64,000 bases of DNA, taken from NCBI GenBank assembly GCA_963827655.1, contig CAWHCF010000049.1, positions 288,001 to 352,000 on the forward strand. The letters are read 5' to 3'. How positions within the stretch are numbered: position 1 is the first letter of the stretch; each line of letters starts with the position of its first letter. The position numbers and the translations under genes are program-made. Under the pieces are notes generated by a model. The model did no database searches. It saw only the letters and a program-made list of their open reading frames with translations, and had not been told where the DNA came from. Positions 34,850 to 46,178 of the stretch are shown piece after piece. This DNA comes from an uncultured Acidobacteriota bacterium. GTDB lineage: Bacteria; Acidobacteriota; UBA6911.

Positions 34850-35400
34850 GAAACCGTGCGCGAGCACCTTGGCGGCCACAAGTATCGGGACACTCTGATC
34901 CCCTGCAGCGCAGGGATGTAGAAAAGGTGAGCCGGGCCTGCATCCGGCGAGGCCTGGAGATCGAGCGTCCGGAGGTCCACAGCCCGGGCGCGCTGGCCTC
35001 GTGAGCTTGACGCGGGCGAGGAGGGCCGAGGCCCGGGTCACACACCAGTCTGCGGCTGGATCGGCGCGGCGCAGCCGAGGGGCAAAACGTGTGAGCGAGG
35101 CGGAAACGGAATCCGCCCGGACGCGCAAGGAGTTTCCTGAGCACCCCTTCTGAGCAAGATCTTCAAAGTAGATCCCCTCGTCTTGTCCCAAATGTCTCGG
35201 TGTCATGAAAAGCATCAGCTTCATCCGAGACCCCGCACTCATCAAGGAATTCTCCTTCATCTGAATCTTGGGCAGTCCCCAAGCGAGAGCCTCGACTCGG
35301 CAAAAGAAAGCGCTTCGTTCGCGACGCACCGGCTTGACGGTGAAACATCGCCGGCTGTGGACGTGGGACTAACGGGCTTGACGAGACCTGTTCTTTGGCT
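34850..35400. mobile_element. Possible degraded IS91-like element flank
   Basis: Minus-strand peptide EGEFLDECGVSDEADAFHDTETFGT recalls shadow frames seen beside IS91-type transposases; no transposase present. Confidence 0.25.
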
Positions 35401-35646
35401 TGTTCTTGGGATTCCTCGTAGCCGATAATCGACCAGACCGGTCAATCAGGTTCGGCGCTTGCCTGAGGTGAGTCGTCAAGAGTTTCGGCGGCTCATCGGC
35501 TACCTGGGAAGGGATGATGACGCGCTCGCGCCATCTTGAAGAAGAATGTTTTCGTGAACGGGACCTGAAGACACAGATTTCTCAAGGCTAGAAGAGACAC
35601 GAAGCAGGAACTTGGCAGCGGTGATTTTTCTTTTGTGGAGGCGAAC

Positions 35647-36900
35647 ATGAGGACTGCGTTTTTCATTCTTGTGGCGGCTGTCAGTTTGCCGGCCCAGGAG
35701 CCGAGCTACGATTTGCTCCTCAAGGGCGGTCATGTAATCGATCCCAAGAACAACATCAGCAAGGTTATGGATGTGGCGATCACGGGCGGAAAGATCACGC
35801 GCGTGGCCGAGAATATTCCAGCCGCGCAGGCCAAGACGGTCGCTAACGTGGGCGGACTGTATGTCACTCCGGGGCTGGTTGACATTCACGTCCATGTATA
35901 CACCGGCACCGCGCTCAGAGCCAGCACCGCAAGGACTGACACTAATGTGCAGGCGGATGCTTTCTCGTTTCGGAGCGGCGTGACGACGATGGTGGACGCT
36001 GGAACGTCCGGCTGGAAGAACTTTCCTGATTTCCGGGACGGTGTCATCAAGAAGTCCAGGACCCGTATCCTGGCAATGCTGAACATTGTCAGTGCCGGGA
36101 TGGGTACGGCGGCAGGCGAGAACGATCCGAGCGGTATGGATGCCGAGGCGTCGGCCAAGATGGCGAACGAGAATCCGGAGTATGTCGTGGGGTTCAAGAG
36201 CGCGCACTATGCGGGTCCCGGTTGGGCCTCGATCGATAACGCGGTAAAGGCGGGGAACCTGGCGAACGTACCGGTGATGGTCGATTTCGGGAGCATCACC
36301 AAGGATCGGAACCTTGATGGACTGCTGCGAGATAAGCTGCGGCCAGGCGACATTTACACTCACTGCTACTCGGGCCACCGGCTGGAGGTCCTGCCGGATG
36401 ACAAAGTGAACCCGGCGATGGTTGCAGGGCGGCAGCGAGGCATCTTCTTCGATATCGGGTTCGGGCAGGCGAGCTTCTACTGGTATGTGGCGGTGCCCTC
36501 GTACGATCAGAAGTTCTATCCGGACTCCATTTCCACTGACCTGCACCTGCGCAGCATGAACGCCGGTATGAAGGACATGCTCCAGTGCATGTCGAAAATC
36601 CTGGCTTTGGGTTCATCGCTCGAAGACGTGATCCGCATGTCCACGATAAATCCGGCGCGGCAGATCAAGAGGCCGCAGCTCGGCAACCTGGATCCGGGCG
36701 CCGAAGCTGATGTGAGTGTTCTGCGGCTGGACAAGGGAAATTTCGGCTTGCTGGATTCGGCCGGGGCCAGGTATCCCGGCAAGAGCTTGCTCGCCGCCGA
36801 GATGACGATCCGGAAAGGCGAAGTCGTGTGGGACCTCAACGGCCGGGCCGCTCGGGATTGGAAAGACTTTCCTTACCGCCGCCGTAGCGTCCCCCAGTAG
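35647..36900 (+). CDS. Secreted amidohydrolase/deacetylase (dihydroorotase-like)
   Basis: PGLVDIHVH, GVTTMVDAG, YTHCY, SISTDLH; N-terminal signal peptide. Confidence 0.85.
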   Translation: MRTAFFILVAAVSLPAQEPSYDLLLKGGHVIDPKNNISKVMDVAITGGKITRVAENIPAAQAKTVANVGGLYVTPGLVDIHVHVYTGTALRASTARTDTNVQADAFSFRSGVTTMVDAGTSGWKNFPDFRDGVIKKSRTRILAMLNIVSAGMGTAAGENDPSGMDAEASAKMANENPEYVVGFKSAHYAGPGWASIDNAVKAGNLANVPVMVDFGSITKDRNLDGLLRDKLRPGDIYTHCYSGHRLEVLPDDKVNPAMVAGRQRGIFFDIGFGQASFYWYVAVPSYDQKFYPDSISTDLHLRSMNAGMKDMLQCMSKILALGSSLEDVIRMSTINPARQIKRPQLGNLDPGAEADVSVLRLDKGNFGLLDSAGARYPGKSLLAAEMTIRKGEVVWDLNGRAARDWKDFPYRRRSVPQ

Positions 36901-37169
36901 AGTCATTTGGGGACAGTCAGCAAGAACTGTTACAGTAAACTTCGGCTACACCAACGAGTTTTCTGCGATCGCATTGACGAGATCCAAAGGTTATGCCACC
37001 TGGTTTACGTGCTGGCGGCTTTCGCTTGACGTGTTTCGGATTGCGGGTATGATTGGCCAAACGGTTGAAAATAGTTGTTTTGGGCTTCTTTGCCTTGTTC
37101 GGACTCTCCTGTCAAGTGTTGACGGGGAGCGGGCGAAGAACTGCTCCCGCCAACAACGGAAGGAGACGC

Positions 37170-40100
37170 ATGGCCACGAGAAAGACGTCGTATGTTTTTT
37201 TGTGCGCGTTGAGCCTCAATCTGGTTTGCTTGCCGGTATTCGGCCAGGAAGTTCGAGGAAGCCTGCTCGGGCGTGTGACTGACGCTTCCGGGGCAGTCGT
37301 CCCGGGGGTGATGATTACGGTCACGAACCTTGAAACCAAAGTCTCCACCGAAACGATAACAAATGAAGAGGGCAACTACAGGGTTCCCTTCCTTCGCCCT
37401 GGTAACTTTAGCGTCACTGCAGAGCTGACGGGTTTCAAGAAGATCGACCGGACAGGGATTCGTGTGTCAGTCGGGTCGGATATTGCGGTGAACTTTGTCC
37501 TGGAGGTCGGCGGAATCGGCGAAACTGTCACCGTATCCGGAGCTGCGAGTCAGTTGGATGCTTCCACAGCGGATCTGGGACAGGTGGTTGAGAAAAATCA
37601 CATCGAGAACACCCAAACAAACTTAGTGCGGAACGTCTTGGCTCGACTCGAGGTCACAGCTTCTCTGACGCAGTTCCGGACTGGCGCCACGGGAACGGGC
37701 ACCACCTACACGAGCAGTGGGCAGTCTGATTTCAGCATTTCGGGTGGTGGCGGGAAGGGCGGTGGAAACGAAATCATGGTCGATGGAGTTCCAAATACGG
37801 TACCTAGCGGCGCCGGTGGAATCGCGCTTTTCATTCCGTCCTTGGATATGACTGACGAAGTGAAGGTCCACACGACCATGTTTGACGCGTCGTTGGGCCA
37901 TTCGAGCGGGGGCGCTGTCAACATAACTACCCGCGGAGGCACCAACGAGTATCATGGCGCTGCCTTTGGCTACAAACGCTTTAGAGAGCTGGATTCTAAC
38001 AGTTGGACCAACAATCGACTCGGCATCCCCTTGGGTAACGCCAAATATGGGCAGTACGGGGGCATTTTTGGGGGGCCGGTTAGGCTGCCCCACCTCTATG
38101 ACGGGCGTGGACGTTCCTTCTTCCTGGTTTCGTATGAGACTGATTCCGAAATACGGGGGGGCGATGCGCCCGATTTATTTCGGGTTCCGACTGCGTTGGA
38201 GAGAAAAGGAGACTTCTCTCAGACCCTGAATCAGCAGGGGACAGGCATACTGAGGATTTACGACCCTTGGACCACTATGGGAACCGGCGCAGCCGCGACG
38301 CGGACGCCATTCCCGAACTCGATTATCCCCGCTAGTCGCCTCACCCAGACCGGCTTGTCGGTGGCCAACCTTTACCCCCTGCCAAACATGCCCGGCTCAC
38401 CCCAGATTGGAGCCTACAACTGGTCGGTCACATCCACAAACAAGGTCTCACAGAGCCAATTCAGCATTCGAGAGGACCAGATCATCAGCGACCGACAGAG
38501 ACTGTTTGTCCGATTCAGCCGAATGTATCGGACGACGATAAGCCCGGAACGGTTTCCGGGCGCCGCCGGCTCTAACGACAGTGGGAACACCTTCGATTCC
38601 GTAGCCTTGGACGATACGATCACGTTCTCTCCGAAATTCACAGGCTCCCTGCGCTACGGTTTCGCAGAGCGGTACTCGTATTCCACACCGCATGGCAGCC
38701 TGCAAGACCCGTCCTCCCTGGCTTTGCCGGACGTGATTCTCGAAAACCAGTTCACCAAGGGCTTGCCAGTATTCAACCTGGGTGAGTTCATTCCGGTTGT
38801 GGGCGACTCGGAAAGCCACGGAAGGCTGTACTCGCACACCCTCCTGTCGACCTTTAACATGGTGCAGGGAAAACACACCCTGAAGTTTGGGTCGGATTAC
38901 CGGCTTTTTCGAAACAACGACATCAACCCGGGCGCCTCACAGTCAGGAACATTTGCATATAGCCCTACTTTTACTCAGGCCAACCCCTTCGTGGCAAGTT
39001 CCAGGAACGATTCGGGCACCGCGCTCTCTTCTCTGCTGCTTGGAATCCCGGACTCGGGCAGCCTCGGTTTTGTCAGCCCTCGGTCTCTGCAGAATCAGTA
39101 TCTGGCGTTGTTTCTTCAGGACGAGTGGAGAGTACGGCGAAACCTCACATTGACTCTGGGTGTGCGATACGAACTGGAAACGCCCTACACCGAGAGATTC
39201 AATCGAGTCTCCCACGGTTTTGACTTCGACGCGCAATCCCCTGTATCCGTGCCGGGCATGGATTTGCACGGCGGAGTGCTGTTCGCGGGAGTCGATGGAA
39301 ATCCTCGAGGCGTGGGGAGAGTTGATGCGAACAACTTCGGTCCTCGCTTTGGCTTCGCCTACAGCTTGAACAACAAAACCGTGTTCCGCGGGGGTTACGG
39401 ATTTTTCTACAGTGCCCAGACTTACGCTACCGACTTTTCCGGGAGTGTGGCTACCTTTGGCGCGGTGACTGCATACACGGGCACTATCGATTCTGGCGCA
39501 ACTCCGTTTACGACCCTGGACAACCCCTTTCCTGGCGGTGTGGTTCAGCCGAAGGGTAGTTCAGTCGGGCTGGCGGCACAATATGGGGACTCATTGATTG
39601 TATTGGATCAGAACAGGCTAAGCCCCTATAACCAGCAATGGCAATTGAGTATTCAGCGTGAATTTCCTTGGAGTGTCCTGGTGGAAGCAGCCTATGTCGG
39701 CATGCTGAGCCTCAAGCAGCTGGAGAGCTTTGACCTGAACGAGAAGCCGGATCAATACCTGGCGCTGGGGGCGCAAGAAAACCAAAACGTGGCCAATCCC
39801 TTCTTCGGGGTCTTCCCTCCCACCACACCCTTGGGAAGGGGCGCGACGATACGCCAGGGGCAGTTATGGAAGCAGTATCCCCAGTACAACAGCATCACCC
39901 TGCAAGGCGCCAACACCGGGCGTGCGATCTATCATGCGCTGGATTCGAGAGTAGAGAAGCGCTTCACTGACGGGCTCAACTTCCTCGTCTCGTACAGCTG
40001 GTCCAAGGTGATACAAAATAATACAACGAGTATCGTCAATGAGCGGAATTACCGCAGTGTTTCCTTTCGTGATCTGGGTCACGTGGTCAAGATTTCCACA

Positions 40101-40661
40101 GTGTACGAGTTGCCTCTCGGTCCAGGCAAAGCTTTCTTATCGTCGAGTGGATTCCTGGGAGGACTGGTGGGGGGCTGGAAGATTTCGGGATACTTCTGGT
40201 CGAGAACAGGATCGCCTCTCTCTATCACCGATGTTAACGGCAGGCCCATTGTTCTGCGTAACCCTTCGAAAGGCGGATCGGTCAAGGATAAACTAGGCGA
40301 TGTTGTCGATCCGGTTACGAGGCAGGTCCTGAATCCTTTCTTCGACACGACGGCATTTGCCCGGTTGCCAAACCAATACACGATCTCGCCCACGTCGCCC
40401 CAGCTGGACTTTCTGCGCGGCCCAGCCATTATCGGGCTTAACGGCTCCCTCGTGAAGACCACGAGAATAACGGAAGGTGTGCAGCTTGAATTCCGAGTGG
40501 ATGCGAGCAATGTCACCAACTCGCCCCAGTTTGATCTCCAGGGAGCGACTGTGCAACCGCAGGGGATAGGATTAGACATGGCGAATCCTGCCACGTTCGG
40601 CGTGATCACCCAGGCAGGTTTCGGCCGGAAAGTACAGTTGGGTGCACGATTGACGTTTTGA
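37170..40661 (+). CDS. Oar-type TonB-dependent receptor with carboxypeptidase regulatory-like N-domain
   Basis: GRVTDASGAVVPGV, ITTRGGTNEYHG, QDEWRV...TLGVRYE, NFGPRFGFAY, C-terminal RKVQLGARLTF. Confidence 0.9.
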   Translation: MATRKTSYVFLCALSLNLVCLPVFGQEVRGSLLGRVTDASGAVVPGVMITVTNLETKVSTETITNEEGNYRVPFLRPGNFSVTAELTGFKKIDRTGIRVSVGSDIAVNFVLEVGGIGETVTVSGAASQLDASTADLGQVVEKNHIENTQTNLVRNVLARLEVTASLTQFRTGATGTGTTYTSSGQSDFSISGGGGKGGGNEIMVDGVPNTVPSGAGGIALFIPSLDMTDEVKVHTTMFDASLGHSSGGAVNITTRGGTNEYHGAAFGYKRFRELDSNSWTNNRLGIPLGNAKYGQYGGIFGGPVRLPHLYDGRGRSFFLVSYETDSEIRGGDAPDLFRVPTALERKGDFSQTLNQQGTGILRIYDPWTTMGTGAAATRTPFPNSIIPASRLTQTGLSVANLYPLPNMPGSPQIGAYNWSVTSTNKVSQSQFSIREDQIISDRQRLFVRFSRMYRTTISPERFPGAAGSNDSGNTFDSVALDDTITFSPKFTGSLRYGFAERYSYSTPHGSLQDPSSLALPDVILENQFTKGLPVFNLGEFIPVVGDSESHGRLYSHTLLSTFNMVQGKHTLKFGSDYRLFRNNDINPGASQSGTFAYSPTFTQANPFVASSRNDSGTALSSLLLGIPDSGSLGFVSPRSLQNQYLALFLQDEWRVRRNLTLTLGVRYELETPYTERFNRVSHGFDFDAQSPVSVPGMDLHGGVLFAGVDGNPRGVGRVDANNFGPRFGFAYSLNNKTVFRGGYGFFYSAQTYATDFSGSVATFGAVTAYTGTIDSGATPFTTLDNPFPGGVVQPKGSSVGLAAQYGDSLIVLDQNRLSPYNQQWQLSIQREFPWSVLVEAAYVGMLSLKQLESFDLNEKPDQYLALGAQENQNVANPFFGVFPPTTPLGRGATIRQGQLWKQYPQYNSITLQGANTGRAIYHALDSRVEKRFTDGLNFLVSYSWSKVIQNNTTSIVNERNYRSVSFRDLGHVVKISTVYELPLGPGKAFLSSSGFLGGLVGGWKISGYFWSRTGSPLSITDVNGRPIVLRNPSKGGSVKDKLGDVVDPVTRQVLNPFFDTTAFARLPNQYTISPTSPQLDFLRGPAIIGLNGSLVKTTRITEGVQLEFRVDASNVTNSPQFDLQGATVQPQGIGLDMANPATFGVITQAGFGRKVQLGARLTF

Positions 40662-40865
40662 GTGAAGTTTTGCGGCTGCCAGGCGCCACCGGCATCGCAA
40701 GCGACACTCATACCCAGTTTCCGCCCTCACGATCGTGGCTAGAATAGGCAACTGTCGGGCATGTAAGCACACGCTTCCAGGCTTGCAGGATCTCGCGACG
40801 AGTCACTACACAAGCGATTCAGACCGGTGCAGGGATGGAAAAAGTGAAAGGGAAAGGAATATTTT

Positions 40866-42191
40866 ATGAAGACACCATCAATAACATCAAAAACATTAGC
40901 TACCAGCCTTTTGTTGTTATGTTGTTTTCTGGTAGTCGGCGCTGCTAACGAACAAACTTCGAATGTCGGTAAACGTTACCCATCTGAAACACGAGTACTA
41001 GTTGACCGGATCACAGGCTTCCCAATCACGGCATTGACCGCCTCCCCAGCCAAGGATTTCATTTTATACCAGACCCACCCTCAGTGGACATCCGACGGCA
41101 AGTACATCATCTTTCGCTCGAATCGCACAGGCAATAGCACGCTAAGACATGGGCTTTCACAGGTCTTTGCAGTCGACGAAGTTGCGGGCGACATTATACA
41201 ACTCACTGATGGGCCTGGTACCATCACCGGTACCGGCGCCCTTTTTGTTTCCCGGAAGTCGATGCACTTCTACTACTTTAGGGGAAACCCCGGCGAACCT
41301 CGTAAGTTTATTGAGTTAAAGCTCGCTCCGCTCTTCAACGATAGTAAGGCTGGAACCATGAAACCGGCCGCTAGTTATGAGCGTGTTATCATGACCATAC
41401 CTGACATCATGACAGATGTAGGCGCGTTTACGCTCGATGCAGATGAAAAGTCTGCTTACATTTCAGGTTTAGCTAAAGATTTTCCTGGGAAAATCGATCA
41501 AGCTCATAAAAAAGAGGTGGACCCTCGCCAGCAGGCAATCTGGAAAATTGACATCCAATCCGGCCAGATTTCCAGGGTAATTGACGTGCCGTTGCCCATC
41601 CGCATTCACCATATGCAGGCAAATCCATGGGTACCAGGCGAAATCGAGTATGCCGATGGAGGCTCAAATGCCGCTCAACGGACGTGGCTTGTAAATGCCG
41701 ACGGATCAGGCAACAGACCCTTATATAAGGAAGCCGAGGGAGAGTGGGTAAGGCACGAAGTCTGGGTAGATGCCGATCATATGTATTTCGAAGTACAAAA
41801 GACCAACATACTCTATAAGGAGGAGGGAGAGAAATTACAGAGTTCGGCTACTAGACCAACTGGAATTTTTTCCATCAACGTTCGAACCAAAGAGGTCAAA
41901 GTTCTTGGCCAACTCGCTGGAGAAGGAGACGAAGGATTCGAGCATTGCGATGGTTCCTCGGATGGCAAATGGGCCGTCGCCGATACTTACCGGGGAGACA
42001 TCTACCTGATCAACGTTCGAACGGGCGAGCAAACGCTTCTGACCACCGGCCATAAGATGAAGCCAGATCATTGCCATCCGACGTTTAGCCCCGATAATAA
42101 GCGAATACTGATTCAGTCGGGCCTCCTTTCCGACGGCAAAACTCTTAACCTTATGACAATCACGATTCCGCCGTCGTTACAAAGACAATAA
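40866..42191 (+). CDS. Oligogalacturonate lyase-like beta-propeller
   Basis: Signal peptide; LYQTHPQWTSDG, HMQANPW, HEVW, HCHPTFSPD. Confidence 0.75.
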   Translation: MKTPSITSKTLATSLLLLCCFLVVGAANEQTSNVGKRYPSETRVLVDRITGFPITALTASPAKDFILYQTHPQWTSDGKYIIFRSNRTGNSTLRHGLSQVFAVDEVAGDIIQLTDGPGTITGTGALFVSRKSMHFYYFRGNPGEPRKFIELKLAPLFNDSKAGTMKPAASYERVIMTIPDIMTDVGAFTLDADEKSAYISGLAKDFPGKIDQAHKKEVDPRQQAIWKIDIQSGQISRVIDVPLPIRIHHMQANPWVPGEIEYADGGSNAAQRTWLVNADGSGNRPLYKEAEGEWVRHEVWVDADHMYFEVQKTNILYKEEGEKLQSSATRPTGIFSINVRTKEVKVLGQLAGEGDEGFEHCDGSSDGKWAVADTYRGDIYLINVRTGEQTLLTTGHKMKPDHCHPTFSPDNKRILIQSGLLSDGKTLNLMTITIPPSLQRQ

Positions 42192-42273
42192 TCAATTCGA
42201 AAAAACTCACCACAGAGACACGGAGAAGATTTGGATTGTTTTCTCCGTGTCTCCGTCGTGACGAAAGAGGAGC

Positions 42274-44533
42274 ATGAGGAATAAGAGGAAGCTAGCTTGT
42301 ATTTGGTTTGTCGCAGCTGTACTCCTATCCTCCTCCAGCGGGCGCCAACGAGAAACCGCACCCGCCGGTGGGCTCAAGAACATGCTCACGAACTACTTGA
42401 CCGCGATTGCCGAGAGGCAATGGAAAGAGCGAGCCGAGGCGATCGCGGCCATTCGGACGCCCGCCGAAGTCGCTAGACGGCAGGCTTATGCCCGTTCGCG
42501 AATCCTCGAGTCGTTCGGTGGTTTTCCCGAAGAACGGACAGCTCTGCGTGCGAGGATCATAGGTGCGTTTACGCGAGAAGGCTACCGCGTGGAAAAACTC
42601 ATTTATGAGAGCCTTCCCGAGTTTTATGTCACCGCCAATGTTTATGTGCCGCTGCAGGCTAGGCCGCCCTTCCCGGCAGTTTTGCTCACAGCGGGGCACA
42701 GCGGGATGAACGGCAAAGATTTGTCCACCACTCAGCAAATAGCAGGCTCTCTGGCCCGGCGCGGTATTCTGGCCCTGGCTTACGATCCGATCGGCCAGGG
42801 AGAACGCCTGCAATATTTTGATCCGGAGGTCGGCCGCTCGCTCGCAACCCTGAGCGACGACCGAGGCACAACGCGCGAACACATGATGGCGGACTGGCAA
42901 TGCCGGCTGACGGGCGGAAATTTTGCGCGCTATGAGATTTGGGACGGCGTTCGAGCCGTGGATTACCTGTTGGAGCGACACGACGTCGATCCGAAACGCA
43001 TCGGCGTAACGGGTTGGTCCGGTGGAGGCACACAGGCAGCCTACCTGGCCGCTTTGGAGCCACGCCTCGCAACGTCCGCCAGCGTTAACTACATGACAAA
43101 GTGGGACACTTTGTGGACGTACCCGGGACCTCAGGTGCGCCGAGATGTTACTCACCAACTTCATTAAGGACGGCCTGGATTTCGGCGACTGGGCGATACT
43201 GATTGCTCCCAGGCCCTTCAACATCGTCGCGGGAAAGCTCGACATGTTTCCGATCGAGGGTACCCGCGCAACCGCCGCTGAAGCACGCCGCATCTATGAA
43301 ATACTGGGCAAGCCGGAGGCGGCTGGATTCTTCGAGGATGAGGGTCCCCACGGATATTGGCAGAGACGACGCGAGGAGACTGTCCGTTGGATGCAGCGGT
43401 GGCTGAACGATCAGCCAGGAGATTCGGGCCACGAGCCGGAGATAACGATCGAACCCGATGAGACCTTGAACTGCACGCCCACCGGCCACCTTTCCACGTC
43501 CCTGAAGGGAAAGACCGTTCACCTGCTAAACCGCGCTTTGGCGGAGAAGCAGTACGCCGAGCGTACGGCGACCAAGGTCGCGGATCCGGCCAAGATGCGG
43601 TCGGTGATTGCCAAGCGCATTGGTGTTACGGTCAACGTTGACGCCGAGCGTGCTGCTCCCATCACGTCACGCCGCGGCGAAGTGACCCGTAAGGGATACC
43701 GGATCGAAGACGTCGCCCTGGAGACCGAGAGAGACATTACTGTACCCGCACTGGTGCTGGTTCCCGAGCGGGGCGAGGGGCGGAAGCCCGCGATTCTGCT
43801 CGTGGACTCGGCCGGCAAGCCGACTCGCCTGACGCAGGACGAGGGCAGAGATCGGTCGGACCGATGGGACGGGGATGCAATGGTGGAAGCGGGTTTCGTC
43901 GTAATGGCGGCGGATCTGCGCGGCTGGGGCGAGAGCTTCCCGGCGTACCCAATGAATAAAATGAATAAGTCGGGCTATAACGGATTCTCGATTGAGCATC
44001 AGTCAGCTCAATGGGCTCTGCTGGTGGGCAGGAGGCTGGTGGGCATGCAGGTAGACGACTTGTTGCGCTCGTTCGACTATCTGGCGTCTCGCCCCGACGT
44101 AGACCCGCAACGTATCTCCCTTTTCGGCAAAGGCGACGGCGGCACCGTTGCTCTTTATGCCGCGGCCCTCGAACCACGAATCGAGAAAGTCGTCTCAGAA
44201 AGCGCACTGTCGTCATACATGGATGTGACTCGCTGGAAGTTCCACCGGAATCTGGAGCGCATCATCGTTCCCGGTGTGTTGAAAGACTTCGACCTGCCCG
44301 ACGTGGCCAGGATGATCGCTCCGCGACCAACGTGGATCGTGTCACCCGTAACCCCAACTCGCGTGGCCGCCTCGTTGCAAGAGGTTTCTGAAGACTACGC
44401 TCCGGCACTGGCGGCCTTCAAGCGCGCCGGCCGGCCAGATAACCTCCGAGTTATCAGTAGACTTTCCGGGGTGAGTTTCGAGAAGGTGTACCAATCGTGG
44501 ATGATTCCTTCGCGAGTCGCGCAGACTCGATGA
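42274..44533 (+). CDS. Two-domain acetylxylan esterase-like alpha/beta hydrolase (apparent +1 indel near 43135)
   Basis: YDPIGQGER, GWSGGGTQ nucleophile motif; the second half continues at AEMLLTNFIKDGLDF. Confidence 0.78.
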
Positions 44534-44882
44534 TCTTCCTCGTCGAGAGCGGTAGAGGGCGCTGATCCGTGAGATCGGGTTCCAGGCTTCCGATGCGGCA
44601 CCCAAACGTGCGGCCTGGTCAAGATCGCGCCGAATCGACGCGCCGCAAGGTTGGGACTGGCAAAGAGGATCGCCGGGAACGCTATTCATCCTATCTCGCA
44701 GGACGGAGGAAGCACCTCGGCAAAGCGAGGATCAGCCATGGGGCTTAGAAACTGGAGTGTTTTTGGCGCCTCGCAAGAAGGGGATGCGCAAAAGCGAAGT
44801 CTTCCATCCGTTCGATTCCGCGTCCGTTTCCCGATGAATTCCCACACCGCTTCTCTTTTTACGTTACGTCATCACCACCTTC

Positions 44883-45455
44883 TCAAGGGGTCGACCGCAG
44901 AGATCGGCGGATGAACCTCTTTAGCCGACGAAGCCCCTGGACACTGCGATGGCGCAATGTGGAATAGGGAATCCCTCTCTCGGCGCCGGCATCTCGAATC
45001 GATGCGGCGCCCGGCTCCAGGACGGTCAGATAGAGGGCTTCGTATTGCTTTGTGGGAAGACGCGCCAGTCCCTCTTTCAGCAGCTTCGTGAGTCGCTCCG
45101 TCTGATCGGACTCTTCCTGGTTTTCCAGCATAGCCTGGGGGCTGACGCTTTCTGAAGCCGACAATGTCTGCTCCTTTAAAGGAAGGCAGCGAAGCCGCTC
45201 GCGCCTTCGGCAGTGATACGACTCGATCGCGGTATTGCTGATTGCCCGGCTCAGGTACATCCTGGCCTCTTCTTCCGATCGAAAGGGGCGATCACGGAGA
45301 AGCACGCGGCGCACCGCTTCCTGTATCACATCCTCGGCGTCTTGCTGGTTGCCGACTATCCGCAGGACGAAGCGAAACCATTTGTCGCCATGCCGCCGAA
45401 TCAGCGCGGCTATGATGTTCCGCAAGTCCAGGCTGTCAACATCCCCCGTATTCAT
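44883..45455 (-). CDS. ECF sigma-70 factor (no adjacent anti-sigma)
   Basis: QDAEDVIQEA region 2; LARLPTKQYEA...GIPYSTLR region 4. Confidence 0.8.
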   Translation of the reverse strand: MNTGDVDSLDLRNIIAALIRRHGDKWFRFVLRIVGNQQDAEDVIQEAVRRVLLRDRPFRSEEEARMYLSRAISNTAIESYHCRRRERLRCLPLKEQTLSASESVSPQAMLENQEESDQTERLTKLLKEGLARLPTKQYEALYLTVLEPGAASIRDAGAERGIPYSTLRHRSVQGLRRLKRFIRRSLRSTP

Positions 45456-45495
45456 CAATTTCTTGGCTCAAATGGCAGAACGGTTGTTAGAAAGG

Positions 45496-45511
45496 TGCAC
45501 CATGTGTGCCG
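45496..45511 (-). promoter_or_regulatory. Candidate sigma-54 -24/-12 promoter for the ECF gene
   Basis: Minus strand CGGCAC-ACATG-GTGCA, ~40 nt upstream of ATG 45455. Confidence 0.4.
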
Positions 45512-45579
45512 CTCCTAATGTTTCGAACAGCGGCTTTGTATTTCATGGAATTCGCGCGAGCCTCGATTTGACCTCCAGG

Positions 45580-45936
45580 ATGCCTCGACAACCGAGTCAT
45601 GAGCCGGCGCATCGCGAGTTTGTGCGCGCGTTGGAAATTGCGCGCGGCAGGCTGGCAGTCGCAATGGCGATGGAATCGAAAACCACTCCGCCCGATCGCT
45701 GGAGGTACTATCGGGAGACAGAAGACAGGATGCGGCGATATCTGAAAAAGCTGAGATCCGACCGGCGCTCAGAATTGGAAGAGCGGGTGGACTTGCTTGA
45801 ATTGGCAAGAGCGTTGAAGCGGCTTCCTTTTGCCCCCAACCACAGCGTTGCGCGCCACGGAGAGGCCCACCAGCTCTGCCAGAAGCTGAGAGAGATCCTG
45901 GCGCCGCTGGAGCAGCTCGAAACCGAGTCTTCGTGA
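45580..45936 (+). CDS. Hypothetical helical protein
   Basis: 118-aa ORF MPRQPSHEPAHREF..., divergent from the ECF gene. Confidence 0.45.
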   Translation: MPRQPSHEPAHREFVRALEIARGRLAVAMAMESKTTPPDRWRYYRETEDRMRRYLKKLRSDRRSELEERVDLLELARALKRLPFAPNHSVARHGEAHQLCQKLREILAPLEQLETESS

Positions 45937-46031
45937 CTTCGTGGTTAGAGCTGTCTGACAAATACCACCAAGACTCAAAGACCGAAGAAACACCAAGACT
46001 CTCGGGGTTAATGCTCTTTGCGCGCGGCTTG

Positions 46032-46060
46032 TTGAATTCTTGAAAGTGTGTTCCTATAAT
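46032..46060 (+). promoter_or_regulatory. Sigma-70 promoter of the coaD operon
   Basis: TTGAAT-N17-TATAAT. Confidence 0.65.
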
Positions 46061-46178
46061 ACGCCGTCTTTGTAAACGGAACGACTCAAGGGTTGGCTTC
46101 ACGAAACGCGATTCATGGGAATCTGTTGCGGCTGGCGGCCGACCGCGGTTCCGGCTATGATTTCCACGTGGGTTATTG

